This document shows, piece after piece, positions 16,648 to 24,920 of a DNA stretch of 31,265 nucleotides. Numbering within the stretch: the first letter of the stretch is position 1; every line of letters begins with the position of its first letter. This stretch comes from a virus (taxonomy: Duplodnaviria > Caudoviricetes): IMG/VR virus record IMGVR_UViG_3300037483_000960, positions 1 through 31,265 of that record; one strand, written 5' to 3'. A program made the translations under genes and the position numbers. The notes beneath the pieces were generated by a model that was given only the letters and a program-made list of their open reading frames with translations, did not search any database and was not told the DNA's origin.

Positions 16648-17223
16648 ATGCCGAAGGCTGCGACCGCCCGTAGACCACTGGAGCGCCAGCGCCGCGAGCG
16701 CGGGGCCGCTGCGCTGCGCTCCTTCGAGACGATCCGTCTACTGCTGGCCGAGCCTCAAACGAAGTCGGGCCTCAAGGAAGAGCTGGGGTGCTCTATCTCG
16801 AGTGTCGAGCGGCTGATCCAGGACATCGAGGGCGCTGGGTTGACGCTCGACTCGGAGCGCTCCGCGCCCAAGCTGAACGCCGAGGGGGCGCCGAAATACC
16901 ACTCGGAGAGCGGGCAATATGTGCTGTACCGGCTTCTTCCTGAGACGCTCACGCGACGTCTCGCGTCGCGCAGGCGGCGCGATAACGACTCGACGACCGC
17001 ACAGCTCCTCGACATGATCCACCTGCTCGAAGGGAAGAAGCACACGCCCGGAGATCTCGCGAAGCGACTCGAGTGCTCGCGCAGGACGGTCGAACGACTC
17101 TTCCACGTGCTCCGCGGGGCGGGCCTCACGCTTGACAGCGAGCGTAGCGGACGAGAGGTGTACTACAGTCTCCCGAGCGAGACGCTCGCAACCATGCTCG
17201 GGCAGGCCGCACTGAAGGGATGA
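16648..17223 (+). CDS. Tandem winged-HTH protein (two HTH_11 / WYL-regulator-type N-terminal domains, no WYL domain)
   Basis: Repeats LGCSISSVERLIQDIEGAGLTLDSERS..LYRLLPETL and LECSRRTVERLFHVLRGAGLTLDSERS..YYSLPSETL; AGGAGG RBS. Confidence 0.8.
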   Translation: MPKAATARRPLERQRRERGAAALRSFETIRLLLAEPQTKSGLKEELGCSISSVERLIQDIEGAGLTLDSERSAPKLNAEGAPKYHSESGQYVLYRLLPETLTRRLASRRRRDNDSTTAQLLDMIHLLEGKKHTPGDLAKRLECSRRTVERLFHVLRGAGLTLDSERSGREVYYSLPSETLATMLGQAALKG

Positions 17224-17235
17224 AGGAGGCTGAAA

Positions 17236-17655
17236 ATGGCGATGAGCATGGAGCGGCGCGCAAACCTCTGGAGCTTGGGCGAGAAGATCAGGACGGCCGC
17301 GCCCATGGAGGCCACGGACGACGCGGAGCTCGCGAACGCTGTACCGGAGCTGCTCGTGGAGATCGATCGGCGAAGGGCCGAGGCGGATAAGCTCCTGGCA
17401 GCGGCCGAGGCGGACGACCGACCCCCGTTCGCACGCAGGATTGCGGCCTCCCCGCTCGACCTGAAGACCCTCGACGAGACGAGAGGGGTCGCCCGCAAGC
17501 TCGCGACGGGCGCAGCGACCGAGGATGAGGTGGGCTACCTCGCCGCCGAGGCGCCCGACCTGCTCGAGGAGCTGGAGCGGCTCGAGGGGATCATCTACGG
17601 GCGCTTCGGCTGGACCGAGGAGGATTTCGAGAAGGGCGGCGTCAGAATCGAGTGA
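17236..17655 (+). CDS. Hypothetical acidic helical protein
   Basis: GGAGG RBS; internal repeat AVPELLVEIDR / EAPDLLEELER; converges on the ART gene with a 14-bp overlap. Confidence 0.7.
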   Translation: MAMSMERRANLWSLGEKIRTAAPMEATDDAELANAVPELLVEIDRRRAEADKLLAAAEADDRPPFARRIAASPLDLKTLDETRGVARKLATGAATEDEVGYLAAEAPDLLEELERLEGIIYGRFGWTEEDFEKGGVRIE

Positions 17656-20383
17656 GGCTGTCCTCTTTCGCGCCACGCTTCGAGAGGCCTACCGGACTCG
17701 CGCCCAGGTACTCGCCGTCGAGCACCGTGTAGCCGTCAGTCGTCTTATAGACCTTGTTGATCTGCCAGCGGCTGTCGCGGTTCGGCAGGAGCTCATGCTC
17801 GCTCGTCCAGTAGCGAACACGCGTACCGGCCGGCATGCGGATCCGCATGAGGACCGCCTTTGTTTTGTCACTACCCGCGAACTCGATGGCCTTATCTATC
17901 GAGAGCGAGTGTGACGAAAACCCCTCGTCATGGAGGATCCCGCTCTTGCCAGCCAGGACGCTTGCGGGATCCTTCGCGAGCTTCCCGTACTTGAATCCGC
18001 GCCACACCACGAAGTCCCGGGGCGTCTCAGGGGCGGCGTTCAAGGCCTCGGTGAGCGCGCGCAGCATGTCCGCGTTCTTTCCGTCCTGGACATTGCCACC
18101 TCGAAGGTGGTCATTCATCCACTCGAAGCCGATACCCTTGAAGCTGCCCATGGCGTGCTGCATCGCGCCCGAGAGCCACTTGCTCCACTTCTCGAAGGGG
18201 CCGGTGGTCTTCTCCTTTATCTCCTGGTCGGCGTGATTCGGGTTCTCCCCGCCGAGCTGCTCTTGGGCCTTGTGCCTCTGGAGGCCGAGGGGCTTGGCCT
18301 TCCACGTGCCACCTCCGGCCTTCGGTGACTCCGACGCGGGCGACGGCTCCGGTGGCGCTGTGGCGTTCCCCTCGAACTTCTTGAGGTAGGCCGAGGCCTC
18401 TTCGAGCTTCCCCGCCTTGATGAGCTTCGAGTAGGCCGCCTTGTGGCCGGCCTTCATGGTGGAAGGCTTCGCGCCGGCGTTCTGGTGAGGCGCTGGAGGC
18501 GCCGCCTTTTCCGGCTCGGGCTCGGGCTCGGGCTCGGTCGCCGCGGGAGCGGTCTGTGTCGGGGGCGGCGGTGGCGCGTTCGCAGGGAGTACCCACGGCT
18601 TCCCGGTCTCAGGGTCGAGGGACGGCTTGCTCGCGCCGGATGCTGCCTGCGCGGTCGAGGTCTGCTCCTGGAGGAGGTGAGCCTGGGCCGCCACGTAGGG
18701 GAGCCGCTCCTCGCCGGTCTCCTTCGGCGTGAGGCCGTGCGATGACTGCGCGTGGATGTTGGTCGGGGTCTGTTCGGCTTGCTTTGCCTGTTCAGCCTCG
18801 ATCGCCTTGGCCAGGTGCGCCTCGGCGTTCGGGATGACCTTCTGGTGCCAGATCTCGAGCTCGTGGAGGTCGGTGGTCTTCGCCGCGAGCTCGTGGTTCT
18901 CGGCCAGGCTCGCCTTCCACTTTTCGATGTCCGGGCTCGTGAGCTTGGCGAGGGTCGCCGCCTCCGCCGCGTTGCCCTTCTTCGTCAGCGCTGCCTTCAC
19001 CCCAGGGGTGAGCTTCGGGAGCGGGTTCTGTTCGTGGTGAAGACCGCCCTGGAACTGGCCGCCACCGGGCTGGCCGGCGGGGATGCGCAGGAACTCCTCC
19101 TCGTTCCAGTCCTCACGCGCGCCGTCCTGGTGCGCGAACTTGAACGGCTTGCCCTGGACACCGCCGATGAGCTTCTCGAAGTCGCCACGGATCGATTCCT
19201 TCCGAGCCACCGCGGCCTTGACGAAGGCCTCGCCCTTCCCGATGGACTCTGCGTAAGGCCGCACGAGGCTTGCGAACCGTTCGCTCGGGATGGCCTCGAC
19301 CTTGGCGATCGTCGGCGCGAGCTCGTGCGGGTTCCACTTCACGGACCCGTCGCCGACGCCCTTCCAGAACTGATTGTAGTAGGGCGGTTTCTCGCCGTAT
19401 ATCTCGGTGTTGGGCTGGTAGTGGACGTCGAGCTTGTCCTTGCCGAAGTAGCGGTAGCCCTGCTCCTTGTCGATGCCGACCACGCGGCCGTCAGACGTGC
19501 GCAGGAGGTTCCCTCCGTGCGTGTCGTGCTGGCTCATGACCCAGTCGAGAACGTGTTCCTGGGCGACGTCGAGCTTCTCGCGCTCCGTGAGCTTCGAGGG
19601 CTCGACCTGGGCGAGGTTCGAGGGGCTCCCGAGCGAGAGGATCGGCTGGAGGGTGCCGAGCTTGCCGTTGATGGTCGCGGCTGCGACCGGGACGTGGTCC
19701 TTGACCTCATGTACGACCTCCGCGAAGGCGACCTGGGCATGCACGGCATAGGGCTTGGGCTCGTTTGTCCCCTTCACCGTCGCGGCCTTGAAGAGCCAGC
19801 GCTGGCCGGTGGCGTCCTTGTAGACGTCTTTCTCGCCCGCGCCGCCCATGTCCTTCCCGCTCTGCTCGAAGGTGAGCGCGTCCGGCGAAGGCACCGAGAC
19901 GCGAGAGAGCGCGGCGAGCGATCCAGGCGCCGCAGCGGACGCGACCGGCGCTGGCGGCTCATGCGCGGCCGGAGCCAGGGGCTCATGTGGCGCCGCGGCC
20001 GGCGTCGGCTGTGTGGCCGGCGCCGAAGCCTTGGCGAACTTTCCGCGGTAGGCCGCTGCCGCCTCGTGCTTGCCTCCCGCGACGAGCTTCGAGTGGTGAG
20101 CCTTGTGCGCAGCGTTCATGCCCGCGGGGAGGCCGTGGGCAGTGGTCCACTGGCCGCCCTTGCCGCGTGGGACGTCTTCCCATCCGGCGTCGGAGCGGTC
20201 GCGCAGCTCGGCGAGGAACGCCCATCCGAGCTTCTCGAGCTTCGCCTTCTGTGATGGCGAAAGAGACAGCGGGGCGGAGTCAGCTCGGAGCACCTTTGGG
20301 CTTGGCGCGCCTCGGCGGTGGAGGACGACGGTGCGTCTCGCGGCGACGTCGGCCCTGAACTGTGCGAGCTTCCTGCTGTTCAC
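17642..20383 (-). CDS. MuF-adjacent multidomain effector: HipA/PI3-4-kinase-like domain plus C-terminal VIP2-like ADP-ribosyltransferase
   Basis: Kinase: MGGAGEK..RWLFK..LDWVMSQHDTHGGNLL..VVGIDKEQ. ART: VVWRG..DEGFSSHS..SEHELL (R-S-E triad). Start GTG 20383 or 20392. Confidence 0.82.
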   Translation of the reverse strand: MNSRKLAQFRADVAARRTVVLHRRGAPSPKVLRADSAPLSLSPSQKAKLEKLGWAFLAELRDRSDAGWEDVPRGKGGQWTTAHGLPAGMNAAHKAHHSKLVAGGKHEAAAAYRGKFAKASAPATQPTPAAAPHEPLAPAAHEPPAPVASAAAPGSLAALSRVSVPSPDALTFEQSGKDMGGAGEKDVYKDATGQRWLFKAATVKGTNEPKPYAVHAQVAFAEVVHEVKDHVPVAAATINGKLGTLQPILSLGSPSNLAQVEPSKLTEREKLDVAQEHVLDWVMSQHDTHGGNLLRTSDGRVVGIDKEQGYRYFGKDKLDVHYQPNTEIYGEKPPYYNQFWKGVGDGSVKWNPHELAPTIAKVEAIPSERFASLVRPYAESIGKGEAFVKAAVARKESIRGDFEKLIGGVQGKPFKFAHQDGAREDWNEEEFLRIPAGQPGGGQFQGGLHHEQNPLPKLTPGVKAALTKKGNAAEAATLAKLTSPDIEKWKASLAENHELAAKTTDLHELEIWHQKVIPNAEAHLAKAIEAEQAKQAEQTPTNIHAQSSHGLTPKETGEERLPYVAAQAHLLQEQTSTAQAASGASKPSLDPETGKPWVLPANAPPPPPTQTAPAATEPEPEPEPEKAAPPAPHQNAGAKPSTMKAGHKAAYSKLIKAGKLEEASAYLKKFEGNATAPPEPSPASESPKAGGGTWKAKPLGLQRHKAQEQLGGENPNHADQEIKEKTTGPFEKWSKWLSGAMQHAMGSFKGIGFEWMNDHLRGGNVQDGKNADMLRALTEALNAAPETPRDFVVWRGFKYGKLAKDPASVLAGKSGILHDEGFSSHSLSIDKAIEFAGSDKTKAVLMRIRMPAGTRVRYWTSEHELLPNRDSRWQINKVYKTTDGYTVLDGEYLGASPVGLSKRGAKEDSLTRF

Positions 20384-20397
20384 CTTCCCCACGTATC
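20384..20397 (-). promoter_or_regulatory. Putative late-gene motif GATACG-TGGGGAAG before GTG 20383
   Basis: Same core and same 8-nt spacing to an in-frame start as at 8430 and 23294. Confidence 0.6.
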
Positions 20398-20417
20398 AAG
20401 GGGGCGCAGCAGGGGCG

Positions 20418-21275
20418 TCAGCCGGCCTCGCCAGTCAGCTCGGAGATGAGATCCTCGAGCAGCGGCTCCGCCCAGCAGCGGCAGTTGACCTCGTCACCCG
20501 GGACCATGGGCTCACCGTCTCGGCCTGGCGGCGGGTCGTCCCACCGGAAGACCTTGCCCTCGAGCCGCTCGTGATCCTCGCGCACGCGGTTATCACGCAT
20601 CGTGCGCCACCTGAAGCTATCAACGCCGAGATCGCGCTGGCGCTCTTCGTTGAGGGCGCCGCAGAACTTCCCGACCTGGTCGCGTGCGACGAGCTGAGCG
20701 TGCCTTTCGGCCACGCCGGTCCTGGCCTCGATGGTATCGGCGAGGCCTTCCCAGCGCACGCCCTCACGCATGCCGCGGATCACCTGAGCCTCGACGTCAT
20801 CGAGGTATCGGACCGGGATGGACTTCACGAGCGTGACGTTCTCGCGCGTGAATGCCTCGACCTTGGGGGCGAGCCAGGGCTCGGCCTTGATGATGTCGAT
20901 GCCGAAGGCGGCCTGGAACTGCTTCCCGAGCTCCCTTTTCTGGAAGGAGGCGGTCCGGTTGCCGATGCTGCGCGCGACCTCGGCGAAGCGTGTATTCGTC
21001 CACTCCTTGAAGAAGTCGCGAGCGATGGAATCGAAGAAGGCCTTGAAGTCGATCGCGTCGCTGTGCACGGCGTCACTCCTGTCCGGGCCGTAGGTGCGCG
21101 CGAGCTCGGCGAACCTCGGCTTGAGAGCGGCGAGCACGCGCGCCTTGATCTCCCGGACCATGGTGCGGAGGGCGGCGAAGTAGCTCATGCGGATCGCGTC
21201 GGGTTGAAGCTGGTGGGGTAGCGCGCGAGCCGTCCGCAGCCGTCCCGAGCGAGCAAGCATAGCGTCGAGCCTCAC
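20418..21275 (-). CDS. Head morphogenesis protein (MuF / SPP1 gp7 family)
   Basis: LVARDQVGK..FRWRTMRDNRVREDH..PGDEVNCRC. Confidence 0.92.
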   Translation of the reverse strand: MRLDAMLARSGRLRTARALPHQLQPDAIRMSYFAALRTMVREIKARVLAALKPRFAELARTYGPDRSDAVHSDAIDFKAFFDSIARDFFKEWTNTRFAEVARSIGNRTASFQKRELGKQFQAAFGIDIIKAEPWLAPKVEAFTRENVTLVKSIPVRYLDDVEAQVIRGMREGVRWEGLADTIEARTGVAERHAQLVARDQVGKFCGALNEERQRDLGVDSFRWRTMRDNRVREDHERLEGKVFRWDDPPPGRDGEPMVPGDEVNCRCWAEPLLEDLISELTGEAG

Positions 21276-21616
21276 CGGATCTCTCCCGCCTGGATGTGGC
21301 CGTGCCAGTGCCCGGCCCCGCTCGCGTCCACGCTGGGTTCGAGCGAGAGCGTCTCGAGCGTGTCGCCCGTGCGCGTCCAGTGGAGGCCAGGCGGCACCGT
21401 GATGACGTCGGGCACGCCCTTGGGCGGCCAGAGCGCCGGCCAGAGCACCGGGTACGCGAGCGAGATCGGTGGCCCGCCGTCGAGGGGGTTGGCGAACGCC
21501 ACCGCTACGCGGACGAGGCGTTCAGCACCGGCACAGTGCGGGCAGACGAAGGAGACGCCCTGACCTTTCCGGCCGGGCTCCGCGAACCAGCGCGGGTCGA
21601 GGTTGACGAGCTTCAC
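21272..21616 (-). CDS. Small Cys/His protein (DUF6527-like)
   Basis: FVCPHC..LSLEPSV..HWHGHIQAGE; GTGA overlaps with both neighbours. Confidence 0.7.
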   Translation of the reverse strand: MKLVNLDPRWFAEPGRKGQGVSFVCPHCAGAERLVRVAVAFANPLDGGPPISLAYPVLWPALWPPKGVPDVITVPPGLHWTRTGDTLETLSLEPSVDASGAGHWHGHIQAGEIR

Positions 21617-23280
21617 GGCGGCGCTCCACCCTTCGGCTTCTCGCCTGGCTTCGGCGCCTTGGGCTTCGCGCCGGCGGGAGGGTCCGGCGGCGCGCCGGGC
21701 GGCTTCGCGCCGGCGGGAGGAGCGCCAGGAGGTGGTGGACCTCCGCCGGGCACGCCGACGACCGGGGGCGGCTTGGGCGGGCCGCCGGGCTCGCCAGGCG
21801 CGGGATCGTCGAGGGACTCCGCCTCGTTCTCGATTCCCGCGGCCGTGTTGTCGGCCATGGCCTTCCGCAGCTCCTTGTCGATGTGGATCTCGGCGTCGAA
21901 CTGGTCACCGCCGAAGTGAGAGACCGCGGCCTCCTCGGGCATGATGACCTGGGCGCCGATCCACGCCGCGTCAGCCTGCGCGACCTTGAGCCTCCGACCG
22001 GCCTCCTCATCTGGCGACAGCTGCGTCAGCGGACGCCACACGAGAGACCAGTTCTCGGGAACGACCCCCTTGGTCGGGCCCTCCTTCGCGAGGAAGAGGA
22101 GGTGAACGAGCCGCTCGAGGGGATCGCGCATGACCTCGTCCTGCTGGCCAGCCATGCGGTCCATCCACCAGTTCGCGTCTTGCTTGCCGGTGGCGTTCAG
22201 GCCGGCGGGGCTCTGACCCATGAGCCTCGTCACGGGCATGTCGGCCGCGGCAGCGAGGCGGTTCGCCATCCGGTCGAGCAGCTCCGGGAGGCCCGTGACT
22301 GGCGTCGTCTTGCGCTCGAAGTCTTCGACCGGCCCGCCGGCTCCGTCGCCCGCGTCGAGCAGCAGCGCGCGCAGCAGGGACCGCGACTCGTCGATCATCT
22401 CGAGCCGAGCCCGGACGAGCTTCTCATTGCCGGCGGCGAGGGCCTCGTAGAGGCCGCGCATCTTGAGGACGGCCTGCCCGAAGTCCTGGGTGAGGTGGGC
22501 TGCGCCGCCGTAGGCTATCCCGAAGTCCTTGAGCACCTCGATCATGCGGACGAAGACCGAGTCAGGCCAGCCGCGATTCTCGCGTTCCTGCCGGCGAGAG
22601 ACCCGGACTCCCTCGAAGCGGAGGACCCGCGACTCATGGACGATGGTGGTCCCCGCAGTGGGCGTGACGCGCATCTGCAGGCCGCCCGGTATGCCCTGCG
22701 GATAGATCCAGTAGGTCTCAGGCTCGCCATACCCTTCGTCCCCGGGATCCTGGTAGTACGTGCGCGGGCAGGCTTCCCAGGCGTCGAAAACCGTCAAGAA
22801 CCGGATGCGCTTGAGCGATGCTTCGCGCAGAGGCAACGAGATATCGGACACCCCGTCATCGGCGCCGACGAGGAGGATCGCGCCGCCATAGGCGCGCTGG
22901 CGCATGATCGCCTCGCGCACGCGGCCCTGAGCTTTCAGGCGCTTGAGATCCTTCTCGACGAGCTCGGCGTCGGCCTTCGTCTCGGAGATCTCGTCTTCGG
23001 CTTCGTTCTCGATCTGGACGTCGAGCCAGCGGCGAGTCATCTCGCGGGCGGGCTCCTCGACGACCTTGGCGGCCATGTCGTCGCCGCGCCAGAGCTCCTC
23101 GCATTCGACCCAGGAGAGCCTGGTGTAAGCGACCCGGCCGGCGGTTCGCTTGTCGCGGGCGGTTCCTAAGCCGGTGAGTGCATTTTCCCAGCCGTCGATC
23201 TTCTTCAGACCGATGACCTTCCGCGGCGTGGGTGTATCCGCCGAGTCCTTGCGCCGGGCCGCGGCACGTGTTCGCGCCAT
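21613..23280 (-). CDS. Portal protein (DUF1073 type) with Pro/Gly-rich C-terminal tail
   Basis: DGWENALTGLGTARDK, RAYGGA, IVHESRVLRF, AAADMPVTRLMGQSPAGLNATG. Confidence 0.92.
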   Translation of the reverse strand: MARTRAAARRKDSADTPTPRKVIGLKKIDGWENALTGLGTARDKRTAGRVAYTRLSWVECEELWRGDDMAAKVVEEPAREMTRRWLDVQIENEAEDEISETKADAELVEKDLKRLKAQGRVREAIMRQRAYGGAILLVGADDGVSDISLPLREASLKRIRFLTVFDAWEACPRTYYQDPGDEGYGEPETYWIYPQGIPGGLQMRVTPTAGTTIVHESRVLRFEGVRVSRRQERENRGWPDSVFVRMIEVLKDFGIAYGGAAHLTQDFGQAVLKMRGLYEALAAGNEKLVRARLEMIDESRSLLRALLLDAGDGAGGPVEDFERKTTPVTGLPELLDRMANRLAAAADMPVTRLMGQSPAGLNATGKQDANWWMDRMAGQQDEVMRDPLERLVHLLFLAKEGPTKGVVPENWSLVWRPLTQLSPDEEAGRRLKVAQADAAWIGAQVIMPEEAAVSHFGGDQFDAEIHIDKELRKAMADNTAAGIENEAESLDDPAPGEPGGPPKPPPVVGVPGGGPPPPGAPPAGAKPPGAPPDPPAGAKPKAPKPGEKPKGGAPP

Positions 23281-23294
23281 GGCCCCCACGTATC
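23278..23294 (-). promoter_or_regulatory. Putative late-gene motif GATACG-TGGGGGCC-ATG
   Basis: 17-bp identity with 8414-8430. Confidence 0.65.
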
Positions 23295-23396
23295 AGGGCG
23301 CGGGGCACGCTGTTTCATGAGCCGTTTAAGCCAGTAGCCGTCGCAGGGTCTCCCTGCGCACCATGGCGAGCTCCGCTTGGTGAGCGTATCGCACGC

Positions 23397-24920
23397 TCAC
23401 CGCTCCGCCATGGTTCGCAGGAAGTCGAGGTCACCGCTCTTCGTCGAGGCGTGGGCGTAGACCAGCGAGTCGCCTTTGTCCGGGCTGCGGCCGAGGCGCT
23501 TCACGAGCTCGTCCTTCGACTCGACCTGGATGCCGCGAGCGGAGAGGTGCCAGGTCGGCGCGCAGAGGTCGACGCGCAGCTCGGGATCCGGGGGGATGCA
23601 CAGATCCTGGCCGCTCGTCGGGTCGAGCGCCTCGCGCAGCCTCCACCACCACTGCGCGCGGAGGTTGGCGAAGGCGAGCTGGCCGCTCTTGTCGCGCTTC
23701 GTGCCGTCACGCGCGCCGCCGTTCAGGGCGACCACGCGGCTCTTCAAGGGACTGCGGAGGTGGTCATAGACGCTCGTCCCCACGCCGATCACGTCCACCT
23801 TGACGAGCGCGTCGTCCGTGCGCGCCTGAATGACGAGCGTCGCCACAGCTGGACCGTCCGGCGTCGATGACCCCGGATGCACGAGCTGCTCCGCGAAGTA
23901 GTTGTCGAAGGCCGGGGAAAGAACGGTCTTCGCGCCACCACCTCGAGCGACGTCAACGCCAAGCGCGGTCATGGGCGTGTCGGGCTTCTCCCGCTTGACC
24001 CAGCGCTCCTGAGCCTGCCGCACCCATTCCGAGGGGATGATCTGGTAGGCGTTGTCCTCGCGGCCGGCGCGGAAATCGCCGTAGAGGAGCTTGCTCCGCA
24101 AGGGCTCGGGCAGCGCCTGGAGCGTCGCGACGTAACCGGCTTCGATGAGGTAGGGGTTGTCCTCGACGCGCGCTGGGATGAACGTCCTCGAGCGCGGCGT
24201 CACGAGCTCCCCGTCGATGCGCACGGGATCGCCGCTCTCGAGCTCGACGTCCTTGCCGTTGATGGTCGAGTACCAGCGCAGCTCGCCTGGCTTCGCGGGG
24301 TGGGGGTGGCGATCGTTGATCCACGGCCCCCAGAAATCCATGACCCACTCGCCTTCGGCGGTGGTGGGGGGGTTGCCGGTACCGACGATCCGGCAGCGCT
24401 GGCCCTTCACGACGGTGCGGTTCCAGCCTGTCACGTACCGGAACTGTCGCTCCGAGAACTCGGTGATCTCGTCGAAGGCGTAGAGGTCGTGAGGCTGGCC
24501 GTGGTAGTCGGTGACGTCCTTCTCGAACTGGATGGAGCCGAAGCGGACCTGACGCCCGTCCTCGAATTTCCAGCGCAGGCGTCCCTCGTTGAAGGAGTCC
24601 TTGGGGGCGGCGAGGCCTTCGGGGTTGTAGATGGCGCGGCTTCGGTCGATGATCGCAGGGAGCGACGTGGAGACGCGCCGGAAGATGATCGAGCGGTGAT
24701 GGTGATACCGCGCGAGCCCGAGCACTAGATCCGTCTTCCCGCCGCCTCCGGCTCCTCCGAACAGAAGGATGTCAGCCTTGCTCTCGAGGGCCTGAGTCTG
24801 AGGGCCCGGGAGCGGGGACCACTTCCACGGGGCCTTGAGCAGGGAGTCCAGCTCTTCTCTGTCCGACTCGGTCAAGTAGGGCAGCGATGCGAGCAGCGCG
24901 TTCGTCATCGGTGATGCCAT
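23397..24920 (-). CDS. terL: Terminase large subunit
   Basis: Walker A GGAGGGGKT, Walker B LYAFDE, coupling motif TGNP, nuclease LGVDVARGG and SPDKGDSL; start uncertain (24944, 24920 or 24908). Confidence 0.93.
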   Translation of the reverse strand: MASPMTNALLASLPYLTESDREELDSLLKAPWKWSPLPGPQTQALESKADILLFGGAGGGGKTDLVLGLARYHHHRSIIFRRVSTSLPAIIDRSRAIYNPEGLAAPKDSFNEGRLRWKFEDGRQVRFGSIQFEKDVTDYHGQPHDLYAFDEITEFSERQFRYVTGWNRTVVKGQRCRIVGTGNPPTTAEGEWVMDFWGPWINDRHPHPAKPGELRWYSTINGKDVELESGDPVRIDGELVTPRSRTFIPARVEDNPYLIEAGYVATLQALPEPLRSKLLYGDFRAGREDNAYQIIPSEWVRQAQERWVKREKPDTPMTALGVDVARGGGAKTVLSPAFDNYFAEQLVHPGSSTPDGPAVATLVIQARTDDALVKVDVIGVGTSVYDHLRSPLKSRVVALNGGARDGTKRDKSGQLAFANLRAQWWWRLREALDPTSGQDLCIPPDPELRVDLCAPTWHLSARGIQVESKDELVKRLGRSPDKGDSLVYAHASTKSGDLDFLRTMAER

